From Candidatus Peregrinibacteria bacterium Greene0416_19 (GTDB lineage: Bacteria; Patescibacteriota; Gracilibacteria; Peribacterales; Peribacteraceae): a stretch of 64,000 bases of DNA. Positions 25,311 through 32,619 of the stretch are shown here, piece by piece (within the stretch, counting starts at the first letter, position 1; each line of letters starts with the position of its first letter). The DNA lies in the NCBI GenBank assembly GCA_007375735.1, contig VMEW01000007.1:1494-65493 (forward strand), given 5' to 3'. The position numbers and the translations under genes are program-made. Under the pieces are notes generated by a model that saw only the letters and a list, made by a program, of their open reading frames with translations, was not told where the DNA came from and ran no database searches.

Positions 25311-25757
25311 TTACTTAAACAACCGCCCCAGCTCCTGTTTGAACTCCTCCACATCCTTGAACTCCCGGTGCACGGAGGCGAAGCGGATGTAGGCGACCTG
25401 GTCGATCTTCTTGAGTTCCTTCATCACGTCGGTGCCGATGGTGCCGCTCGCGACCTCCTTCTTATTGGCGCCCCACTTTTCCTCCAGCCGGGTGAGGAGC
25501 CTGTCAATCTGCTCCTGCGACACCGGTCGCTTGGTGCAGGAGAGCCAGATGCCGCGTTCGATCTTGCTGCGCGAATACGGCTCCCGCGTGCCGTCGCGTT
25601 TGATGACGATGAGGGAACTGAGCTCCTGCCGCTCGAAGGTGGTGAAGCGATGTGCGCACTTGGGGCACTCCCGTCGCCGCCGCACGGCCCGTCCCTCATC
25701 GCTCAGGCGCGAGTCGATGACCGACGTATCGGCGGACTTGCAGCGGGGACAGTGCAC
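25311..25757 (-). CDS. nrdR: Transcriptional repressor NrdR
   Basis: MHCPRCKSADTSVIDSR...RRRECPKCAHRFTTFE zinc ribbon plus an ATP-cone. Confidence 0.95.
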   Translation of the reverse strand: MHCPRCKSADTSVIDSRLSDEGRAVRRRRECPKCAHRFTTFERQELSSLIVIKRDGTREPYSRSKIERGIWLSCTKRPVSQEQIDRLLTRLEEKWGANKKEVASGTIGTDVMKELKKIDQVAYIRFASVHREFKDVEEFKQELGRLFK

Positions 25758-25775
25758 GTCCCCAGCATACCTCTT

Positions 25776-26246
25776 TCATTCGTCGTCTAATAAGGCGTTT
25801 CCGAACCGTTTGCGGATGGCCGGGGGCAGGTCGTCCCACTGCACCCGACGGCCCGGATGCCCGGCGTTCTCCTGCAGCGCACGCAGAGCATCATCCAAAT
25901 TCCGTTCCAGGGATTCCTCCAGCCGCTCCTCCCTCTGTCGCCGCTCTTCGTGCTGGCGGGTTATTTCTTCCAGGTAGAAGCGATTGCGTTCGAGTTCGCG
26001 ACCGGCGCGCTCGCCGCAGCCGTTGTTCAGCCGGCAGAGCCTTTCGACCTGATCCGCCACCGCCCTGCTCCACGGGCGGACCGACTGCTCGTCGCGGTTG
26101 GGAGCTTGTGCAGGAGGCGTCAGCAGCACGCGAGTGGTCCAAGGGAGGTGGAGCTTGAAAAGATCGGGCATAGCCTCCGCCACGGCCTTGTGCCAGCCGC
26201 GGCGTCCGATGGCATCGGGATCGAGCGATGGGCGTTGGCGGTTCAT
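25776..26246 (-). CDS. Hypothetical protein (156 aa), Arg/Glu-rich C-terminal helix
   Basis: This is the C-terminal part of track ORF 25776-26903, starting at MNRQRPS. The upstream part of that ORF is a shadow frame over tsaC. Confidence 0.45.
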   Translation of the reverse strand: MNRQRPSLDPDAIGRRGWHKAVAEAMPDLFKLHLPWTTRVLLTPPAQAPNRDEQSVRPWSRAVADQVERLCRLNNGCGERAGRELERNRFYLEEITRQHEERRQREERLEESLERNLDDALRALQENAGHPGRRVQWDDLPPAIRKRFGNALLDDE

Positions 26247-26362
26247 GATGGAATCCGGGGAAGTGGGCAGTCTTGTACCAGAGGGACGGAGAAAAACAAT
26301 GGTCCCCGCGACGCGAGGGCCGGTGGGGGCTTCCCCCTCTGCGCCGAAAAGGGGAACCAGCC

Positions 26363-27007
26363 TCAGGGAGCCACATGCAGCGGCCCGCTCCGCAGGGTCT
26401 GCGGGCTCCCGCCGGATAGATCGACCACCGTCGACGGAGGGGTTCCGGGGAGGGGCCCGCTGTCGATGATCAGATCCGGCTGCAGCCGGCGTCCGTCGAA
26501 TTGCCGCACCACCTCCTCCGTGCTGTAGGGGTTCGGCTGGCCGTGCAGGTTGGCGGACGTGGTGCTGAGCGGACGGCCGTAGCTGTTGATGAGCTCTTGG
26601 GCCAGCGGGTGGGAGGAGATGCGCACGCCGATCGTGCGCCGTTCCGCGTGGTGGGGGGCCCGGCTCTCGGGAGGAGGGACATTGGTGAAGAGCGTGTGGG
26701 GGGCACCGGTGGTTTTCAGCGGGAGGATGATGGTGAGAGGGCCGGGCAGGTGTTTGGCGGCCAGGACGTCCGCTTCCGCTGTCCACTCCGTGTACTGCCT
26801 GGCTTGCCCCACGGAGGAGAAGAGCCCGCTCACAGGTTGCAGCAGGTGACGCTCCTTTACCAGAAACAGCCGGGCCACCGCATCCGGGTTCGCGAGATCG
26901 CACGCGAGTCCGTAGCAGGTCTCCGTGGCATGCGCGACGATGCCTCCGCGGCGCAGGATCCTGATGGCCTCCTGGATGGCTTCAGCCGAAGCGGGAAGGA
27001 TGTGCAT
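26363..27007 (-). CDS. tsaC: L-threonylcarbamoyladenylate synthase (YrdC/Sua5/TsaC family)
   Basis: GGIVAHATETCYGLACD, KERHLLQPVS, PGPLTIILP and STSANLHGQP motifs. Confidence 0.9.
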   Translation of the reverse strand: MHILPASAEAIQEAIRILRRGGIVAHATETCYGLACDLANPDAVARLFLVKERHLLQPVSGLFSSVGQARQYTEWTAEADVLAAKHLPGPLTIILPLKTTGAPHTLFTNVPPPESRAPHHAERRTIGVRISSHPLAQELINSYGRPLSTTSANLHGQPNPYSTEEVVRQFDGRRLQPDLIIDSGPLPGTPPSTVVDLSGGSPQTLRSGPLHVAP

Positions 27008-27024
27008 GGCGGGAGTGTATACCT

Positions 27025-30000
27025 CTACAAGCTCTTTACCTCATACCGCCCAAGCATTTCCTCAATCTTGTTCTCCAGCACCGTCGACATGGACACCGTC
27101 ATCGGGACCGGGATGACCTGGGCGCCGATCCTCAGCTGTACCCGCTCGTGTCCGGGGAACGACTCGAATGCTTTCTTCAGGTCAAGCAGGAGCTGCTTGG
27201 GGGCGCGGGGAGGAAGGTCGATGGTGTGGATGGAGATTTTTGTTGATAAGGAATCCGAGGAGTCCGAAGAATCCGATGATTCCGAGGAACGATCATTCCG
27301 CTTCGGATTCATCGGAATCTTTTGCTCGTGAGGATCTCCATTGTTTTCCCACCCGAGAAAAGCGAGGGGTTCAGCAAGGCGCATGCCGCCGAGGATCCAT
27401 TTCCCCAATGGGCCCAGGAATTCGTCTCCTTGCTCCTCCTTTTGCAGTATCACCGTCTCGCCGGCGATGACGTTGCCTTCCTCGTCCACCAGTTCGATGG
27501 TCTCCTCTTCCTCCTCACGGCGCCCGAGCGCGATGCCGCGCTTGGCCTCTTCCTCGTCGAAGAACCCTTCCGTTTTTGCCTTCTCGATCATGGTCGTGAG
27601 TGAGGCGCGCTTGGCCGCATCCGCGCGTACCTGCAGCTGTCCGCCGCGCAGGTCGAGCGTGCCCCCCACGACCAACACCGTGTCCGGCTTCTCCAGGAGC
27701 GGTGCCAATAGCGCGTACGTGCGCGGGAAGAACGTCACTTCGATCTTCCCGGTGGGATCCTCCAGTGTCACGATGCCCATCGCCTCGCCTTTCTTGGTTG
27801 TCAACTTCTTCACCATCTCCGGGAGCCCCGCCACGGTCACGGTCTTCCCGACGTCTTTGGTCGAGAGGCCGGACACCAGCCGGGCTTTCTTTCCGATGTA
27901 CTTGCGGAGCCCCGCCAGCGGATGGCTGCTGACGTACAGGCCCAGTGTTTCCTTCTCCCACGCGAGCTTCTCCATCGGCGTTGCCGGGGGGGTGACCGGT
28001 AATTCGATCCTCGCGGCCTCCGCGCCGCTACCCAGGCTCGCGAATATGTCGGTTTGCGCCGCGCCGGCGTTGCCGGACGCCTTGCTGAACTCCGCGATGC
28101 GATCGTAGTGTTGCACGATGATGTTGCGCTCTCCCAGGGAGTCGAGCGCGCCGGACTTGGCGAGCGCCTCCAACGTCTTCTTGTTGAGCACTTTCCCCGG
28201 GATTCGCCGCGCGAAATCTTCGAGCGAGGTGAACGGGCCGGCCTGCATGCGTGCGTCGATCAGCTGCTGGACGGAGCTCTCGCCGATGCCCTTGATGGCG
28301 GTGAGACCGAAACGAATCGATCCTTTGGGAGCAGCTCGGGTCTTCTTCTTCGCCCCGACGTCGGGGGGAGGAATAGCGGTGAAATGTCGCAGTGATTCGT
28401 TGATGTCCGGCGGCAGCACGGCGATACCCATGGCGCGGCACTCCTCGATCTCGATCATCACCCGGTCCGTGCGCTGCGCGTCGCTGCTCAGGAGCGCTGC
28501 CATGAATTCCGTCGGGTAGTGCGCCTTCAGGTAGGCCGTCTCGAACGCGATGCGCGCGTAGCCCGCGGCGTGGGATTTGTTGAATCCGTACCCGGCGAAC
28601 GGCGTGATGACATCATCGAAGATTCTCTTCGCCAGTTCCTCCTTGTACCCTTTCGCCTTGGCGCCGCTGACGAATTTCTCCCGCTGCGCGCGGAGTTCCT
28701 TCACAATCTTCTTCCCAATCGCCCGGCGGAGGATGTCGGCTTCCCCCAGGGTGAACCCGGCGAACAAGCGGGCAATCTGCAGAATCTGCTCCTGGTACAG
28801 GCCGATACCATAGGTCGGCTCCAGGATCAGGCGCAGGTCTTCGTGGGTGTACTCCACCTGCTCCTGTCCGTGCTTGCGTTTGATGTAACTGGGAATCCAG
28901 TCCATGGGGCCCGGCCGGTACAGCGCGACCATGGCGGTGATGTCGCCGAACTCCGTGGGTTTCAGCTGCTTGAGGTAGCGCCGCATGCCCGTCGATTCCA
29001 GCTGGAACACGCCGGTCGTGTCGCCATGCTGCAGGAGAGTGAATGTCTCGCGGTCGTCGACCGGCGCGGTGTGCAGATCAATCTTCTCACCGTACAACCG
29101 CTCGATGATCTCGAGCGTCGTCTGGATGACCGTGAGGTTCGTGAGTCCCAGGAAGTCCACCTTCAGCAGTCCGAGCGCCTCGAGCGGCTTGGCCGCGTAC
29201 TGGGTGATGACCGTATTCTCGTCCTTCGGTGCGCGCTGGAGGGCGGTGTACTTGACTGCCGGCTTTTCGGAAATGATGACCCCGCACGCGTGCACGGACA
29301 CGTGCCGCGCCTTCCCCTCCAGTTTCAGCGCGGTCTCCACGATGCGTCCGTACGTGTCGTTGCTCCCGAACATCGCCCGCAGTTCCTCGCTCTCCTCCAG
29401 CGCATCTTTCAGCTTGGTGCCGGGTCGTTCGGGGATCAGCTTGGCCAGCTGGTTCATCTCCAGGAACGGCACGCCGTAGGCGCGGCCCACGTCCTTGACC
29501 GCCGCGCGCGCGGCCAGCGTCCCGAACGTGCAGATCTGCACCACGTGGTCGCGCCCGTACTTTTCCCGCACGTACTCCAGCACCTCGTCGCGGCGGGTGT
29601 CCGCGAAGTCGATGTCGCAGTCGGGCATGGTAATGCGCTCGGGGTTGAGGAACCGCTCGAACAGGAGGCCGTGCGGGATGGGATCGATATCCGTGATGCG
29701 CAGGCAGTAGCTCACCATGGATCCCGCCGCCGAGCCGCGGCCGGGCCCCACCGTGATACCACGACGCTTCGCCTCGTTCACGAAGTCGGCCACAATGAGG
29801 AAGTACCCGGAGAAGCCGACCTGTCTGATGACACCGAGCTCGTACTGCAGGCGCTTGCGGTGCACGGGCGAAGCTTTCGGGTACCGGTCAGCGAAGCCCT
29901 TCTCGCACAGCTCGGTCAGGTGCGCATCCTCGCTGCCGCCCCCGGGGACCGGGAAGCGCGGGATCTGGTACTTGCCGAACTCGAAGGCGGTCCGCACTCG

Positions 30001-30819
30001 GTCGGCGATGACGCGGGTATTGTCGAGCGCCTCCGGCACGTGCGCGAACACGTGTTCCATCTCTTCGAATGGCCGCATGGCATAATCGCTGTCGCGCATG
30101 GAGAAGCGGCCGGGGTCGGAGACCTGGGCATTCTTCTGGATGCAGAGGAGCACGTCGTGCGCCTCGGCGTCCTCCGGCCGGCAGTAGTGACTGTAGGCGG
30201 TCGCGACCACCGGCACCCCCAACTGCTTCCCCCAGTGGATGAGCTGCTGGTTCACTTCGGCTTGTCCCGCGACTCCGGGCAGGTCGATCAATTCGAAGTA
30301 GAGGTTTTCTTTTCCGACAAACGATCGATATTCCTCAGTCAGCTCCGCAATGCGCTTGCCGTCCTCCGCCAGCGCCGCTTGCGGGATGGCTCCGCTCAGC
30401 GGTCCCGTGAGCGCAATGAGGCCCTTGCCGTACTGGCTCAAGAGCTCCGTATCCACGCGCGGCTTGTAGTACATTCCTTCGAGTGCGGATCTCGTCGCCA
30501 GCTGCAGCAGGTTCTCGTAGCCCTCCTGCGTCTCGGCGAGGAGCGTGAGCGGGAAGCGTTTGGTGTCGATGCCGCTCTCCTTATCCATACGCGTGCGCGC
30601 CGCGATGTATACATCCATCCCCAAGACCGGCTTGATACCTTTTTTCGACGCCTCCTGGTGGAACTCGATCAGGCCGTGCGTGTAGCCCTTGTCGGCAAGA
30701 CCCACCGCCGTCTGTCCCAGCTCCGCCGCCCGCGCCACGATCTCCGCCGGGCTCGGGAGGGCTTCTAATAAGGAGTAGGTCGAATGGCAGTGGAGGTGAA
30801 CAAAATCAGCTGCTTTCAT
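27025..30819 (-). CDS. dnaE: DNA polymerase III alpha subunit
   Basis: PHP N-terminus FVHLHCHSTYSLLEA, polymerase core (GRGSAAGS, PDCDIDF), an OB domain, and a C-terminal extension carrying an SSESSDSSDSSDS insert. Confidence 0.95.
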   Translation of the reverse strand: MKAADFVHLHCHSTYSLLEALPSPAEIVARAAELGQTAVGLADKGYTHGLIEFHQEASKKGIKPVLGMDVYIAARTRMDKESGIDTKRFPLTLLAETQEGYENLLQLATRSALEGMYYKPRVDTELLSQYGKGLIALTGPLSGAIPQAALAEDGKRIAELTEEYRSFVGKENLYFELIDLPGVAGQAEVNQQLIHWGKQLGVPVVATAYSHYCRPEDAEAHDVLLCIQKNAQVSDPGRFSMRDSDYAMRPFEEMEHVFAHVPEALDNTRVIADRVRTAFEFGKYQIPRFPVPGGGSEDAHLTELCEKGFADRYPKASPVHRKRLQYELGVIRQVGFSGYFLIVADFVNEAKRRGITVGPGRGSAAGSMVSYCLRITDIDPIPHGLLFERFLNPERITMPDCDIDFADTRRDEVLEYVREKYGRDHVVQICTFGTLAARAAVKDVGRAYGVPFLEMNQLAKLIPERPGTKLKDALEESEELRAMFGSNDTYGRIVETALKLEGKARHVSVHACGVIISEKPAVKYTALQRAPKDENTVITQYAAKPLEALGLLKVDFLGLTNLTVIQTTLEIIERLYGEKIDLHTAPVDDRETFTLLQHGDTTGVFQLESTGMRRYLKQLKPTEFGDITAMVALYRPGPMDWIPSYIKRKHGQEQVEYTHEDLRLILEPTYGIGLYQEQILQIARLFAGFTLGEADILRRAIGKKIVKELRAQREKFVSGAKAKGYKEELAKRIFDDVITPFAGYGFNKSHAAGYARIAFETAYLKAHYPTEFMAALLSSDAQRTDRVMIEIEECRAMGIAVLPPDINESLRHFTAIPPPDVGAKKKTRAAPKGSIRFGLTAIKGIGESSVQQLIDARMQAGPFTSLEDFARRIPGKVLNKKTLEALAKSGALDSLGERNIIVQHYDRIAEFSKASGNAGAAQTDIFASLGSGAEAARIELPVTPPATPMEKLAWEKETLGLYVSSHPLAGLRKYIGKKARLVSGLSTKDVGKTVTVAGLPEMVKKLTTKKGEAMGIVTLEDPTGKIEVTFFPRTYALLAPLLEKPDTVLVVGGTLDLRGGQLQVRADAAKRASLTTMIEKAKTEGFFDEEEAKRGIALGRREEEEETIELVDEEGNVIAGETVILQKEEQGDEFLGPLGKWILGGMRLAEPLAFLGWENNGDPHEQKIPMNPKRNDRSSESSDSSDSSDSLSTKISIHTIDLPPRAPKQLLLDLKKAFESFPGHERVQLRIGAQVIPVPMTVSMSTVLENKIEEMLGRYEVKSL
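27241..27320. repeat. 9-nt-periodic palindromic repeat (NGANTCCGA units), copy inside dnaE
   Basis: GGAATCCGA GGAGTCCGA AGAATCCGA TGATTCCGA, then the inverted units TCGGATTCA TCGGAATC. Same family as 30878-31023 and 46851-46930. Confidence 0.7.
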
Positions 30820-30877
30820 TGGTGGGGGTGGAGGCTTGCCCGGCGTAGCCCCCGCAGGGGCGGAGTCGGGTGGACGA

Positions 30878-31023
30878 AGTCCTCGGAGCGCATGCTTCTA
30901 CTATAGAGAAGTCCTCTAGAGAGGAAACCGAAGAAACCGACGATTCCGAGGATTCCTGTTTTTCCTTCGCGCGAAGCGCGATCGTCGGACTCCTCGGTTT
31001 CCTCGGACTCTTCGGACTCCTCA
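30878..31023. repeat. 9-nt-periodic palindromic repeat, intergenic copy (dnaE upstream / operon 3' end)
   Basis: GAGGAAACCGA AGAAACCGA CGATTCCGA GGATTCC ... ATCGTCGGACTCC TCGGTTTCC TCGGACTCT TCGGACTCC. The arms are mutually complementary. Confidence 0.7.
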
Positions 31024-32619
31024 CCGTATCCCCGCCCCCGCCTTGCACTTCTGCCACCGCGGGTTTGCGGGATCGGTATCGGAGACGAACGTGCCTTTCG
31101 CGTAGGGGAAACACTCGTCCGTCGTGATGATCCGCATGACCTGTTCCAGGCGCTTGTTGCACGGGCGGAAGATGCAGGAACGTCGGAGGAAATAGGCGAA
31201 GTCCCGCACGAAGCCGCGGAGCGTCCGCTCCCCTCCGGGTTGGCCGAGCGTCGTCCCGACGGTCACGAGCCGCCCCACGGCTTGGCTCAGGTTGGAGAAG
31301 GCGGCGCGCCCGACCAAGCTCGGATCGGTACCGGCCGCGATAGTCATGCTCTCTTTCTGCGCCTGCTGCGTTTCGAACTCGCGCACGCCGGTCGCAGCCT
31401 GTCCGCCCATCAGCCGGTAGAGCCAGCTGCCGTCCAGCTGGAAGGAGCGCGGCGCCGTGCCGCGTGCGCCGAAGCTCCGGCGCAGGTCCACGTACTGTCG
31501 CAGCAGCCGCTCCTCGTCCCGCTCCAGCGAGAACGGCCCGCGCAGTTCGTACGCCAGCGCCCCCTCCAGCTTCTGGCAGACGTTCTGTCCTCCGCAGTCA
31601 GCATCGGCCCCGCACGTGATGTTGAAGTCGTTCGAACATGTCCCAACCTCCGAGGACGCGACGCAGCGTCCTATCTGCAACCTCGAACACACGGCATCGC
31701 TGTTGCAGGGAGTCATGGCATCGCCGGTGCACGCGCCGTCCAGGATGCACATGGTCCGTCGCCGGTGCTTGCGGGTGACATCCGGAGGAACCGGCGTCTG
31801 CAGCGTCCCGTTAGTCTGGAACGGCATCGACTGCATCGCCCGGTCGAACTGCGCCGTGTAGGACTGGTAGCGCCCGGCGGCGATGATGGCGCTGATGATG
31901 CCAGCGCGCTGCTGGGAGATGGCGTCCCGCAGCCACTGTCCGTCCGGATGGGTGCGGATGCGGCTCATGGCCCTGTTGAGCCCGTCCAGGTCGCACCCGT
32001 AGCCGGAGAGGCCCGGCGGCAGGTAGTTGGAATCGAACGCGCAGAACGAGACGAGCGGGTCCAGGACGAAGCGCGGATCATCGAACGGGCGTCGCACGTT
32101 CCACGAGCTGTCGATGGACGTGGGATCGCGGGCGCCCTGCAAAAGGATCTTGTAACGTTCATTCAGGAACTGCAGCAGCTGGGAGAGCAGATTGACGCTG
32201 GCAACCTTCCGCGCGTCCACGGCTCGCGTCATGGCATCCGCCACGCGCTTCATTTCCCCTTCGAGCAGGAACAGGTCGGTGCGCAGGCAGGCCGAGTTGT
32301 CCGTCAGGGACCGCCCCTGCGCCACGATCTGCCTCGTGACGTCCGTTTGCGCCGCAATCGCCGCCACCACGTTCCGCTGCCAGTGGAGCCTGTCGAAGCC
32401 GGCCGCAGGGGTCGGTGGGAATGAGGATCCCGTCGTGTACGTCCTGGCGGCCCTCGACCGGTTGAGGACGAAGTCCACGTAGTTGGATGGCTCCGCCGCC
32501 GCCGCTAACCGGATGTGCACCGTCAGACTCAGGATGATGGTGAGCATGCTGCTGCAGAGCAGTCGCGACGCGCGACGTCTGCGGATCGGTGCCAGTGAGG
32601 GTGAGTGGCGCATGATCAT
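31021..32619 (-). CDS. Secreted Cys-rich protein E of the five-gene operon (532 aa); function unknown
   Basis: Start MIMRHSPS overlaps the upstream stop as ATGA. Signal peptide ...TVHIRLAAAAEP. A Cys cluster is present (CILDGACTGDAMTPCNSDAVCSRLQIGRCV...CSNDFNITCGADADCGGQNVC). Confidence 0.75.
   Translation of the reverse strand: MIMRHSPSLAPIRRRRASRLLCSSMLTIILSLTVHIRLAAAAEPSNYVDFVLNRSRAARTYTTGSSFPPTPAAGFDRLHWQRNVVAAIAAQTDVTRQIVAQGRSLTDNSACLRTDLFLLEGEMKRVADAMTRAVDARKVASVNLLSQLLQFLNERYKILLQGARDPTSIDSSWNVRRPFDDPRFVLDPLVSFCAFDSNYLPPGLSGYGCDLDGLNRAMSRIRTHPDGQWLRDAISQQRAGIISAIIAAGRYQSYTAQFDRAMQSMPFQTNGTLQTPVPPDVTRKHRRRTMCILDGACTGDAMTPCNSDAVCSRLQIGRCVASSEVGTCSNDFNITCGADADCGGQNVCQKLEGALAYELRGPFSLERDEERLLRQYVDLRRSFGARGTAPRSFQLDGSWLYRLMGGQAATGVREFETQQAQKESMTIAAGTDPSLVGRAAFSNLSQAVGRLVTVGTTLGQPGGERTLRGFVRDFAYFLRRSCIFRPCNKRLEQVMRIITTDECFPYAKGTFVSDTDPANPRWQKCKAGAGIR

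Noticed and set aside
26247-26903. Upstream two-thirds of the 375-aa ORF 25776-26903
   Set aside because: It overlaps tsaC (26363-27007) out of frame and translates to Pro/Arg/Gly/Ala noise. Only the part from MNRQRPS (26246) down was kept, and at low confidence.
28519-30768. 749-aa plus-strand ORF antisense to dnaE
   Set aside because: It lies entirely opposite a DnaE frame that carries unmistakable polymerase motifs. The translation is Arg/Gly/Leu/Val/Asp-rich with no motifs, which is the typical shadow ORF of a high-GC gene.
27241-31023. CRISPR array interpretation of the short periodic repeats
   Set aside because: The units are 9 nt, directly abutting with no spacers, and arranged as inverted arms. 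No cas genes are present in the window.
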